Positions 23,873 through 47,100 of a stretch of DNA of 64,000 nt are shown piece after piece. Each line of letters begins with the position of its first letter. Position 1 is the first letter of the stretch. The stretch is taken from assembly GCF_009914755.1 (NCBI RefSeq), contig NC_060946.1; one strand, 5' to 3'. Source of the stretch: the human T2T-CHM13v2.0 reference genome, Homo sapiens. The notes under the pieces were generated by a model. The model saw only the letters and a program-made list of their open reading frames with translations, was not told where the DNA came from and searched no databases. Position numbers and translations under genes: made by a program.

Positions 23873-24656
23873 TTATGTAGTAGATGAACTATTAAAGATA
23901 AACCTCTTCTTATCCACTCTCTGGTGTTATAGTTCATGGAGAAAACTGAAGATAAATGCCTGATTCTTTTTTTAAATTCATCAGTTTTCACAATGATGAA
24001 TCATTTTCCTATCAGCCTCCAGAGGCGACCAGTTAGGGATTTGATGTTGGTATTGGTGAACTAATGAATTTAAACATATTTGGGATGTTAAATTCTGTCC
24101 TCTTTGGACAGTGAGAGCCCCTACAAGCTGGCTCCTGGATCCTTTTGACATCATTCCTGAACTCTCTCAGAGGTTTCTGGCTGTCTGATATGTTCTGTGC
24201 TCATCTTGTATTTTTCCTGCTCCAGACCTGAAATAAGCCATTTCTTCAGCTCTGGTTTCTTTTAAGGGCTTGGAAGTTTCAAAACCACAGTCTGCATGTG
24301 ACAGGTGCTCACTGCTGTTGGGTTGGCCGCTGGTTCTAGGCCTCTGCTGGAGTGTGTGATCTGCTTTCTGACGGCAGGGCGTTCACATGGGTGTGCTTTA
24401 ATCTTACGTCTCCGTCCTCTTTTTCCACTGAGAGTGCTGGTCTCAAGGACAGTGGAGATGAGAGAATTGGAATATCGCATAATGTCTCATCTGTTTTATC
24501 TCTTGCTACAAACATCACAATCTCAAAATAACAATGGCAGTACAACTGCCACCTATATCATTACTGAAAACAGTGAAGATATTTTTTGCCTAAGTCTTCC
24601 CATTCTGTGTAGTTATGCAGGGTCTCAACTACAGAGTGTGTAGCCATTACGTACTA

Positions 24657-25175
24657 CAGATGCTTCGCAACTCAGGACACGGCCACGTCCGATAAACCCA
24701 TCAAAGTCGAAAATGCACTTAATACCTGATGGGAGCCTGGGCATGGTGGCTTACGCCTATAATCCCAGCACTTTGGGAGGTTGAGGTGGGAGGATCACTT
24801 GAGCCTGGGAGTTTGAGACCAGCCTCAGCAACCTAGTGAGACCCCCTCTCTACAAAAAATGTTTTAAAATATTAGCCAGGTGTGGTGACACTCAGGTGTA
24901 GTTCCAGCTACTCAGGAGGCTGAGGCGGGAGGATTGCTTGGGCCCAGGAGTTTGAGGCTACAGTGAGCTGAGATTGTGTACTGCACTCCAGCCTGAGCGC
25001 CAGAGTGAGACCCTGTCTCCAAAAAAAAAAAAAAAAAAAGCCCTGATTAAACCGTCGTAGAGCTGAAAGATTGCGAGTCAAACCATCGATGAAGTTCAGA
25101 TGCTCCTTGATTGACCATGGGGTTCTATCCCAGCAAGCCCCCCCCCCCCCCCCGTGAAGTCAGAAACCACGGAGT
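24657..25175 (+). mobile_element. MER47-family (TcMar-Tigger) fragments interrupted by an Alu (+24733-25040)
   Basis: CAGATGCT..C..CT...; GATAAACCCATC..AAGTCGAAAATGCA.TTAATAC motifs. Confidence 0.65.
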
Positions 25176-25238
25176 CCAGCTATTGTGCTGTGTTTCTCCC
25201 CTGCAAACCCTTATTCAGTCCTAGCTCTGCAAGTGACG

Positions 25239-25546
25239 GCAGCCCCGGGTCTCACTAAGGGCAGGGGTGTGTTCTGAGAAATGCGTTACTCAGCGATGTT
25301 GTCATTGTGTGAACCTCATAGAGTGCACCTACACAAACCCAGATGGTATAGCCTGTCACTCCGAGGCTGCAACTCTGCACAGCAGTTACTACACTGAAGC
25401 CTGTAGGCATTTGTAACACTGTGGCAAGTATTTGTGTGTCCAAACAGAAAAGGCACAGTAAACAGACGGTGTCGTTATCTTATGTAGCCACTGTGGGGTG
25501 CGCTGCTCTTTGCCGAGTGAGGTGTTGCTGTGCAGCACGTGACTGT
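25239..25546 (-). mobile_element. Tigger3a (Golem) non-autonomous DNA transposon
   Basis: GTTCTGAGAAATGCGT..., ACACAAACC.AGATGGTATAGCC, ending GCACGTGACTG match the reverse of the recalled consensus. Confidence 0.7.
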
Positions 25547-25567
25547 GTGTGTTAAATGCTTACACGG

Positions 25568-26009
<442 letters not shown>

Positions 26010-26957
26010 TCATTGTGCTCGAAGGTCAGTTTGGCTTAGTATAAAATCCTTGGTTCACATTTTCTTTTTTTTTTTTTTCCCTTTAATTTTTTGTAGAGCT
26101 GGGGGTCTCACTATATTGCCCAGGCTGGTCTCAAACTCCCAGCTTCAAGCAGCCCTCCCGCCTCCACCTCCCGATGCTGATTATACGCGTGGGCCACTGT
26201 GCCTGGCTAGTTCACTTTTTTCCTTGAATGTCTTAACTATGTTATTCTGTGGTCTTCTAGGATAAAGCATTGCTGTCAAAATCATGACAGTTTTTTCTTT
26301 CCAAGTGACTTTGTACTTTGCCTGAGAGCCCAAAGGATTTCTTTTAAGTCTAGTAATTTTGTTAGAAAATAAATTAGTGTTATTAGTTGAGGATGGATTT
26401 TCTCAGTCCCTTTCACTATGTGGCTTGACAATTTCTAATTCAGGAAAGGTTTTTAAGTGTTTAGTATTCTGTTCTCTTGCCCTGTCCCCTCCTGTTTCTG
26501 GGGTGGCTGTTCTGATTGTACATATGTTGGATCTTCTTTACATGTCTTTTAAATTGGTCCGTTTCTCTTGAGTCTTTTTTAATCCCCTCATTTCTTTTTC
26601 ATTAAAAAAAATTGTGTTTCCCTTTCATTTATCTTAAGCTGTCATCTGTGGAGTTTGTTCTCCTGTTTCTTCTTTTTTAGGTCTTCATTCTTGAAGTCAT
26701 ATTTTACTTTTATTTTTAGTGTTTTTATGGGACCTATAATCTCACATCAGAATTTTTCTATCCTGATTTATGTTGTTTCTTTATATCATTTTCTTAATTT
26801 CTTTAGTTTCTTTGCAAGAGGAAGTTACCGTTTTCATTTAATCTGAGGTCACATTTTTCTGTGAGCATATTTCGTTATCTGCAGTGATGTTTTTCTGCTC
26901 TTTAGTTTTTCTCATACCCTTCTGTGAGATGTGACAGAATTCTTTTCTGTTGCCTAT

Positions 26958-27155
26958 TATATTAGTTTTCTAGTGCTGCTTTAACAAATTACCACAAACC
27001 GAGTGGCTTCACACAAACGGAAATTAGGAGTCTGAAATCTGAGATGGGTCTCACTGGGCTAAATCAAGATGCTGGCGGCTGTTGAACGGTGGCTCTCGGC
27101 AAATGCACGTTCTTACCTCTTGCGCCTTCAGGAGGTCACCTGCCTTCCTTGGCTT
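26958..27155. mobile_element. MLT1 (MaLR) LTR fragment
   Basis: TATTAGTTTTCTA..GCTGCT.TAACAAATTACCACAAAC..AGTGGCTT...CTCACTGGGCTAAATCAAG. Confidence 0.7.
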
Positions 27156-27959
27156 GCATTGGTTTGGTTTGCTGTTTTTTCTAGTGTTTTCTTTTAGGTG
27201 AGTACTTTATTGACTGGAGGTCATCTTTTCTAACACAGGTATGTAGAGCTTTCAGTTTCTTGCTAACCACCACTTCAGCTGCATCTCATCCATTTGGTGG
27301 GTTGTATTTTTATTGTCGTTCAGTTGAAAACACTTTCCAGTTTACCTCACGGTTTGTTTTTCACCCGTGAGTTATTTAGAATTGTATTTTGTTTTCAAAT
27401 AATTGCTTATTTCCCAGATTTCTTTCTTTTGCTTTATAATTTAACTCCATTGTGTTTAGAGGACTTGTATAGTTTCAGTCCTTTTGAAATGCCCAACGCG
27501 TATGTTATGGGCCAGCATGTGGTCTATACTGTGGGAGGTTCCCTGGGCCCCTGAAGAAGCGTGTGCCAGGCGGCGGTGGGAGCGGCGGTTGGGGAGGCAC
27601 TGCGGTGCGTCCACTGGCTCAGTTGGCTGACGGTATTGCTCAAGTCTTCTCTGTTCTCGCTGACTTTCTGTCTAGTTCTGTGTGGCCTGGTAGGCCCAGC
27701 AGCTTCTCTTCATGGGAGTTTTTGCCCCAGAAAGAAGTGTCAGCTGTTTTGTTTTGCCCCAGATCGGACCTTGGACCCTGACCCTCCTCTGCTTTGCAGA
27801 TGTGCAGAAAGTCACCCACCTCAGCAGCTTGGTTCTGTGGGCCGTCCAGTGATACCTGTTGGCTACTTGGGGATGCTCGGTGTATCACACGCTTGATGAC
27901 ATCTTTCTTTTCCAGCTGCCAGATCTAATACCATCTAGGCCTTGTAATACTGACTGCAA

Positions 27960-28305
27960 GGGGGCTTCCATCCTGATACACCCATCCATCATCAATTAAA
28001 AATATCTTCAGTGGAAAATGCATTTAATTCACCTGATGTGCCGAGCATCATAGCTTAGTCCAGCCCCCCTCAAATGTGCTCAGACACTTACATGAGCCCA
28101 CAGTTGGGCAGAATCACCTGACACAAAGCCTGTTTTGTCATAAAGTGTTGAATATCTCATGTAAGAGTGTCACACCGTATGTTGTTAGCCTAGGAAAAGA
28201 TCAACATTCAGAATTCAAAGTACAGTTTGTACTGAATGCCAGTGGCTTTCACACCATCGTAAAGTTGCAGGTTCGTAGGTTGAACCGTCATTAAATCAGG
28301 GACCC
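27960..28305 (+). mobile_element. MER47A/B (TcMar-Tigger)
   Basis: GAAAATGCATTTAAT..ACCT..., CATCATAGCTTAG, CAGTTGGGCA.AATCA, CACCATCGTAAAGT match MER47. Confidence 0.75.
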
Positions 28306-28539
28306 ACTTACCCATATTCATGGTTTGTCCCTTCCACTTACATTTGTTGGTTAACGGAAAGACCTTGTCAGTCTTCTTTTTTGTTGTTGTTGATAACATC
28401 AGAGGATTGTGGTTTTACTGTTCTAGTTTTCCTTTTATTGAGAGATTTGGGGAAACTAAAAAATAAAATATAGGCAGTGTTACAAGCAAACAAATGAGCT
28501 TACTATATTTCAAATGAATAAAATAACTACACTTGAGGA

Positions 28540-29345
<806 letters not shown>

Positions 29346-29999
29346 AAATCACGGTTGTGGAAAGGGGGATGCTCGGTCTTGTGATCTCAGGGTCAGGGCA
29401 GAGTTGGCGGTGTCAGTGTGAAGTTGTGGCTTTGATTCACGTACACACATGCATGTTGGTGTGTGTGTTTATGGGTTCTAGTGCTTCCGCTGGAAGGGCC
29501 TAAAGGCAGAGGCACCCGTAACAGTGAGTGCACGGCTGCCTACCTCGTACCCGCGTGGCGGTTATCCACCTCGGGCCTTTTTGGCAGCGCTCGTCCTCCA
29601 GACCAGATTATTTCATCTCTGACTGGAGAACACTCTTGCGTGGACTTTAGTGTGGGTCACTTAGAGACACGTTCTGTGTTTGGTTTGTCTGATGGTGTTT
29701 TTTAGTTCCTGTTTATTCCTCAGGGAATATTTGTACTGCTTACTGAATTCTGGTTTGGCTCTCATTTTTCACAGCTTTGAAGATGTCATTCCTCTGTCTC
29801 CTGATTTACATTGTTTCTCTTAAAAAGTCAGCAGTGTATCTCATTGGTTTTTTTCTTAAAATAGCTTTCATGGAAATAATCTGATATACGTAAAAGTGGA
29901 AAGGGTAGCATAATAAACCCTGTGCATGCATCCCCAGCTTCAGAATTACCAGTTCACAGCCATTCCCATTTCATCTGTGTCCTCCACTCACTTTTTAAA

Positions 30000-31070
30000 A
30001 AGTTTTGTTTTTAAAAAGAATTTCAACTTTGATTTTAGATTCATCAGGCACATGTGCAGGTTCACGACATGGTATATTGCGTGATGCTGAGTTTGGGATA
30101 AGAATGATCGTCGCCCAGATCGTGAGCATGGTACTCAATAGGTTGTTTTTCAGTCTTGTCCCCTCCTCCCTTCCTCCCTCCCTCACTCCTCACTCTCTCA
30201 GTCCCAGTGCCTGTGGTTCTCATCTTTATGTCCCTGTGTACCACATGCTTAGCTCCCACTGATAGGTGAGAACATGTGGTATCCGGTTTTCTGTTCCTGT
30301 GTTTGTTCACTTAGGATGATGGTCTCCAGATGCATGCATGTTGCTGCAAGGGACATGATTTTGTTCTTTTTTATGGCTGTATAATATTCCATGGTGTGGA
30401 TATACCACATTTTCCTTATCCAGTCCACCATTGCTAGGCACGTAGGTTGATTCCATGTCTTTGCTATTGTAAATAGTGCTGTGATGAACATACATGTGTA
30501 CATGGGGTTTTTTTGTAGAATGATTTATTTCTTTGGGTACATACCTGGTAGTGGCATCACTGGGTCCAATGGTAGCTCTGTTTTTAGTTCTTTGAGAAAA
30601 CTCCACACTGCTCTCCGCAGTGGCTGAACTCATTGACATCCCTGCCAGCAGTGCTTGAGTTTCCCTTTTCTCTGTAGCCTCTCCAGCATCTGTTATTTTT
30701 TTCTTTTTTTAATAAAAGCCATTGTGACGGGTGTGAGATGGTATCTCGTTGTGGTTTTGATTTGCACTTCTCTGATGACTGTTGATGTCGAGCATTTTTT
30801 CACGTCTGTTGGCCACTTTTATGTCTCCTTTCGAGAAGTATCTGTTCATGTCCTTTGCTTGCTTTTTAATGGGGTTATTTTATTTCTTGTTAAGCTTCTT
30901 ATAGATTCTGGATTTCAGACCTTTGTCAGATGCATAGTTTGCAGATATTTTCTCTTATTCAGTGGGTTTTCTGTTTATTCTGTCGATGGTCTCCTTTTCT
31001 GTGATAGTTTCAGCTATGCAGAGGCTCTTTAGTTAGGTCCCAGTTGTCAATTTTTGTTTCTGTTACAATC
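30000..31070 (-). mobile_element. Primate L1 (old L1PA/L1PB) 3' fragment
   Basis: ORF2 C-terminus MFITALFTIAKTWNQP...KMWYIHTMEYYTAIKKN on the minus strand plus L1P-type 3' UTR. Confidence 0.88.
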
Positions 31071-31130
31071 CACTCAATTATTTTGAAGCAAATACCCAAA
31101 ATCATAATTCACGTAGCTACATTTCAGTAA

Positions 31131-33945
<2,815 letters not shown>

Positions 33946-34439
33946 GGGTCTTCCCACCTCATCACCCCCACCCTGCAGCCCCAAGAAAGGCTCAGAGAGA
34001 GTCAAGACCAACCTAGAATGAGATGTCTGTTTTGAAGAGAGAACAGCTGGGTTCTTCTCGACCCACAGGGATGCACGGCCCACCTTGTAGGTTGGAGGGG
34101 AGGAGCGTGGAGGACAAGATCATCCTGGAATGAGAACATAAGGGCTGGGGAATGGGGCGGCGCTGCCACCAGGGAGGAGAGATGCCTGAAATTAGGACAT
34201 TCCCGGGGAGCTGGCCCGTGCCGAGAACAAGAATGAGCTTGAGTCCTGTGACCTCTCTGAACTCTCTTACTCTTTAGCTCTAGTACTGTTTTGTAGAGGC
34301 CTTACAACCTTTATGACATCGATGGCCCTGTCGTCTGCCCATCAAGGCAGTTCTGATTTTCTCTGACAGCCGCCTCCTGCCTGGGCAGACTCCCATCCAG
34401 TGCTGTATAGAACATGCCGAGGGGAAGCACTCACTCTTT

Positions 34440-36886
<2,447 letters not shown>

Positions 36887-37395
36887 CCCTTTTCCTGTTT
36901 GCCCTGAGAACACTCACCGGCAGTGCTTGCAGCTGCAGCGTTTACCCCGAGATAAGTTTGCCATGAAATCTCTCGTTTTCATGATGACTTCTGCATTGCT
37001 CGAGTATATCGACTTTGGAAACAAAAGACCTCGTTCTATTTATGGCATTCTGTTTTTAGTAGTGGTATTTCCATTTACAAAATATAGGAATTCTCAGTTG
37101 CTGAAAACGTCAGATCCCAGAAGACACAGCGTTCCCACACGTGGTGTTAACATCGTTCCCAGTTGCTGGCCGAAGATTCCTTTGATGAATCCGATTTTTC
37201 CAAAATAGATGATTCTGATGATTCAGATGACTCTGATGTTAGTTCTGTTTAGAAATAATTCCAAGAACAGTTTTTATGTTTTATTTTCACATTGAAAATC
37301 AGTCAGATTTACCTCAGCCTCAAAGAGTGTGTTTATGTAAAAGTAAATGAACGCTGGCAGTGAGCTGCAATTTTTTTTCCTAAACAAGAAAAAGA
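36887..37395 (+). mobile_element. Full-length MER75 piggyBac MITE
   Basis: TIRs CCCTTTTCCTGTTT ... AAACAAGAAAAAGA; flanks TTAG / TTAA (TTAA TSD with one change); retains a PGBD4-like N-terminal stub QLLAEDSFDESDFSKIDDSDD (37160-37252). Confidence 0.88.
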
Positions 37396-37476
37396 TTAAG
37401 CTATTTGTGTCTTTATGTTTAAAGCGTGTTTCTTGTAGGCAGCATATAGGAAGTCTTGCTTTTTTATTCATTCTGA

Positions 37477-39718
<2,242 letters not shown>

Positions 39719-39788
39719 CACACCACTATATCCGCTCTTACAATAGCTGTTTTCATGTCCTTGTCCGCTAATTTTATTATTTGTCTTA

Positions 39789-40448
<660 letters not shown>

Positions 40449-41496
40449 AGGTGGTTTTCTCCCGCTTCATCGCAGGTCTGGTTGTTTTTGTCAGCCATTT
40501 TGTATTTTACTTTATTGGGTGCAGGATTTTGTTATATTCCTTTAAATGCTGTTGAGACTTGTTTTAGGTTGTAGTAAAGTTAATCATAGACCGTTTCCTC
40601 CTCTTGAGGCTGGCGTTTTAAGCTGTGTTCGGGTGGCTCCTAACACGGCTTAAAAGAGCGGCCGTTGTTGTGAAGCCCACTGTTCAGTCCGGACCCTTCT
40701 GACCCTGCTTGCTGTTCACTCTTGGTGGTGGAAACACAAGCTGTTCCCAGCCTCCAGGGAGCCCTGGCAGTTCTTTTCCCCTTTGGTTCTCTGAGGGTGG
40801 TTTCCTCAAATGCAGATGCAGATCAGTATTCAGCCAAAGACACGAGGAACCTCCGCAGGTCTGCGTAGCTCCCTCCTCTCCCGCGCTCGGGACATGCTCG
40901 AGACCACCGGGCTCTGCCAAGTTCCGACTCCCCGCCCCGCAGCCTGGAAGCCTGGAAGCCCCGCCGTGAGCGAGGGCAGGTGGGGCTCCCTCTTTAGCTT
41001 TCACACTTCTGTGATCACTGTCCTGTGCTTTCTCTTCTCTCTCAGCGTCTGAAAACGTCGTTTCGTGCACGGCGTCTGGCTTATGAGTTGTCTGAGGTCA
41101 ACCTGGTTTCCTTTGTTTTGTTCATCATGGCTAGAAGTGGAAGTGACTGTGAGTCCAGCTTTGTTCTTTCTTTCCAAAATAATTTTATTTATTCCTGATT
41201 CTTTGTATTCCCATATCAATTTTAGACTTCTGTTTATCAGCTACTGCAAAAAGCGTTTTGGAATTTTGACTGGGATCATATTGAATTTATAGGTCAATTT
41301 GGGAAAATACTGATGTCAACATTGAGTTTTCTAATCCATGAACTTGGTATATTTCTCCATTTGTTTAAAAGCCTTTAATTTCAGCAGTGTTTTGCAGCTT
41401 TCAGTATACAGGTCTTCTTTTTAAGACCTGTATACTTGTGTACCTGTATACTAAAACAAGCATATTTTAAAAATTTTATCTTATTTCATGCTTTCA

Positions 41497-42905
<1,409 letters not shown>

Positions 42906-44144
42906 AGTTTGTTAGAGGTTTTCTAGAGTCTGGTTTTATTATAGAATATTTATGCTGCCATATTACTGAAAACATGCTTTTGTTGCTACTTGGTTTTAGT
43001 TCCTTAGTAAACTGCTCCATCTCCTACCCCACATGACTCCATCGTCCTCCGAGCTTCGGCTCAGTTACACCCTTACAGCTCCTGCCCCTGTTCTCCGTCT
43101 TGCCCTGCTCTCTCCTGTCTTTGTAACGCCATGTTCCTTCACTTCCAGCGTTTACCATAGCTGGAATCTCACGGTTCTTGGCTGTCAGGTCCCGTGACTG
43201 TCTCCTCTTGGCTGCATTCCAGCACGGCGCAGCATCACTTGGGGACGGGGCATTGAATGGGTGACAGGAGGATGGGCTGGAAGCGGTTTTCACCCACAGG
43301 ACGCCTTTCCCTTCTCAGATGCAGGAGCCACTGTGGTCCGTTTCCTATTCAGCTTTTCGTCTGGGTTGATGATTTCACACGTTAGCTAGAGTTTTTCAAA
43401 TTCGTATTTCATGTATCAGGTCTTCTAGCAAGGAAGGATGAATAGATCTCAAGGAATTCAGCTTTGCTGATTATAGCAGCTGTGAGTACCTCTCATGAAC
43501 TGTTTGAAGGATGAGGGCATAAATTCTACATGAGGCAACCTCTTTATACCATTCTAGGTTTTAATTCATGTTCCCCAATCCTTTATTAATAGGCCACTTG
43601 CATTTTTTTTCATGTCTCTATTTTTTGCTTATTTTGCAATTTGGGGGTATTGTCATCCTGTGAACGGATTGCAGGAAGTCAGAGAACAAGTTTTTCGATT
43701 CCAGTTTTCCATTATACAGTTTTTTTCTATACATATTTAGGCAGATGGAGCCATGACGGTAGAGGTTAAAATGTGTGATTTAGTTCCATGCTTAATTTGA
43801 TTTCATCTCTTATAGGTAATGCACAAGGGTCACGTGTATGCTCTCAAGATGATCAGGCAGATCCTGTCCTCAGGACCAGAAGCACGTCTCTGCTGCACAC
43901 ATTGTTGTCTACACCATGAGTGTTTAGTAGCAGGACTCTTGGAAAGCAGTGATCTATGCTGTAAGACCATGAGTCACAGATTCTTTTTTTCAGTACTATT
44001 TATGATTAGCCATATTTCTAGAAACATCCTGAAAGATGGAATTATGACGAAAAAGTGAAGATAATCTACATTCGGGGGCACAAATGAGCACTTGGATCAG
44101 TGTTTTATGAACCTAAGATACAGCCGGAGTAGTTATGGTCAGTC

Positions 44145-47100
44145 ATGGAGAATAACTTGAAAACTTGTCCCAAAGAGGACGGTGATTTCGTTTCTGATAA
44201 AATAAAGTTTAAAATAGAAGAGGAAGATGATGATGGAATTCCTCCTGATAGTTTGGAAAGAATGGACTTTAAAAGCGAGCAGGAGGACATGAAGCAGACA
44301 GACAGCGGTGGGGAGCGAGCGGGCCTCGGTGGGACGGGTTGCAGCTGCAAGCCCCCGGGGAAGTACTTGTCTGCAGAGAGTGAGGATGACTATGGCGCGC
44401 TGTTCTCCCAGTACAGCAGCACCCTATACGACGTGGCCATGGAGGCCGTGACCCAGAGCCTCCTTTCCAGCCGGAACATGAGCTCCAGGAAGAAGTCTCC
44501 AGCCTGGAAGCATTTTTTTATCTCTCCCCGAGACAGCACTAAAGCAATATGCATGTACTGTGTGAAGGAGTTCAGCAGAGGCAAAAACGAGAAAGACTTG
44601 AGTACCAGTTGTCTCATGAGGCACGTGAGGCGCGCACACCCGACCGTGCTCATTCAGGAAAATGGCAGCGTGTCTGCCGTGTCCTCGTTCCCCTCTCCCT
44701 CACTCCTGCTTCCACCGCAGCCTGCGGACGCGGGTGACCTCAGCACCATCCTCTCACCCATCAAACTTGTCCAGAAAGTGGCGTCTAAGATCCCGTCCCC
44801 CGATCGAATAACAGAGGAGTCTGTGTCTGTAGTTTCTTCTGAAGAAATCTCCTCTGACATGTCCGTTTCGGAGAAGTGCGGCAGAGAAGAAGCCCTGGTG
44901 GGGTCGTCTCCCCACCTCCCTGCTCTCCATTACGATGAACCTGCAGAGAACTTAGCGGAGAAGAGCCTTCCACTTCCAAAGAGCACCTCTGGGTCCAGGA
45001 GAAGGTCCGCTGTCTGGAAGCACTTCTACCTGTCGCCACTGGACAACTCCAAAGCTGTCTGCATTCACTGCATGAACGAGTTCAGCCGGGGGAAGAATGG
45101 GAAGGACCTGGGCACGAGCTGCCTCATCAGGCACATGTGGAGGGCACACCGCGCCATCGTGTTGCAGGAGAACGGGGGCACGGGCATCCCGCCACTGTAC
45201 TCCACCCCTCCCACTCTGCTGCCTTCCTTGCTGCCGCCGGAGGGGGAGCTCAGCTCTGTGTCCTCGTCTCCGGTAAAGCCGGTCAGAGAGTCCCCTTCGG
45301 CCTCCTCCTCCCCTGACAGGCTGACTGAGGACTTGCAGTCTCACTTGAACCCTGGAGATGGGCTGATGGAAGACGTGGCGGCCTTCTCATCTTCCGATGA
45401 CGTAGGGGAGGCCTCGGCGTCCTCTCCTGAGAAGCAGCAGGCTGATGGGCTGAGTCCTAGATTGTTTGAATCTGGTGCCATCTTCCAGCAGAATAAAAAG
45501 GTCATGAAAAGACTGAAGTCGGAGGTCTGGCATCACTTCTCCCTGGCCCCCATGGACAGCCTCAAGGCCGAGTGTCGGTACTGCGGCTGTGCCATCAGCC
45601 GGGGGAAGAAGGGTGATGTGGGCACCAGCTGCCTGATGAGACATCTCTACCGGCGCCATCCAGAAGTTGTCGGGAGCCAGAAGGGCTTCCTGGGTGCAAG
45701 TCTGGCAAACTCTCCGTATGCCACTTTGGCCTCTGCAGAAAGTTCCTCTTCCAAATTGACTGACTTGCCAACAGTGGTCACAAAAAACAATCAAGTTATG
45801 TTTCCTGTTAATAGCAAAAAGACCTCGAAGCTGTGGAATCATTTTTCTATTTGCTCCGCAGACTCCACAAAAGTCGTGTGCTTGCACTGTGGCCGGACCA
45901 TCAGCCGGGGGAAGAAGCCGACTAACTTGGGTACCAGCTGTCTTCTGAGACATTTACAGCGGTTCCATAGCAACGTGCTGAAAACTGAGGTCTCGGAGAC
46001 GGCTCGGCCCTCCTCTCCGGACACCCGGGTGCCGCGGGGCACAGAATTATCAGGCGCTTCCTCTTTTGATGACACCAATGAGAAGTTTTACGATTCTCAC
46101 CCAGTTGCCAAAAAAATCACAAGTCTCATAGCTGAAATGATTGCACTTGACCTCCAGCCATATTCTTTTGTAGACAACGTTGGCTTTAACAGGCTGCTTG
46201 AATACTTGAAACCTCAGTACTCCCTCCCCGCCCCTTCCTACTTCTCCAGGACAGCTATCCCAGGTATGTATGATAATGTGAAGCAGATAATTATGTCCCA
46301 CCTTAAGGAAGCTGAGAGTGGTGTGATCCACTTCACGTCTGGAATATGGATGAGTAACCAGACCCGTGAGTACCTGACCCTCACGGCCCACTGGGTTTCC
46401 TTCGAGTCGCCAGCCCGGCCGCGCTGTGACGACCACCACTGCTCGGCGCTGTTGGACGTGTCGCAGGTGGACTGCGACTACAGTGGCAACAGCATTCAGA
46501 AGCAGCTGGAGTGCTGGTGGGAAGCGTGGGTGACCTCCACCGGCCTTCAGGTGGGCATCACCGTCACCGACAACGCCAGCATCGGGAAGACGCTGAACGA
46601 GGGGGAGCACTCGAGCGTGCAGTGCTTCAGCCATACGGTGAACCTGATCGTCAGCGAGGCCATTAAGAGCCAGCGGATGGTGCAGAACCTGCTGAGCCTC
46701 GCCCGGAAGATCTGCGAGCGGGTGCACCGGTCGCCCAAGGCGAAGGAGAAACTGGCCGAGCTGCAGAGGGAGTACGCGCTGCCTCAGCATCACCTCATCC
46801 AGGACGTCCCGTCCAAGTGGAGCACTTCCTTCCACATGCTCGAGCGGCTCATTGAGCAGAAAAGGGCCATTAACGAGATGTCCGTCGAGTGTAACTTCCG
46901 AGAGCTGATCAGCTGCGACCAGTGGGAGGTCATGCAGTCCGTGTGCCGTGCGCTAAAGCCCTTCGAGGCCGCGAGCCGGGAGATGAGCACGCAGATGTCC
47001 ACCCTCAGCCAGGTCATCCCCATGGTACACATCCTCAACAGGAAGGTGGAGATGCTCTTCGAGGAGACGATGGGCATCGACACCATGCTGCGCTCTCTGA

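Noticed and set aside
25138-25153. C16 homopolymer
   Set aside because: Simple slippage tract inside a MER47 fragment; no further evidence of function
46050-46835. 261-aa antisense ORF within ZBED4
   Set aside because: Shadow of GC-rich codon usage on the coding strand
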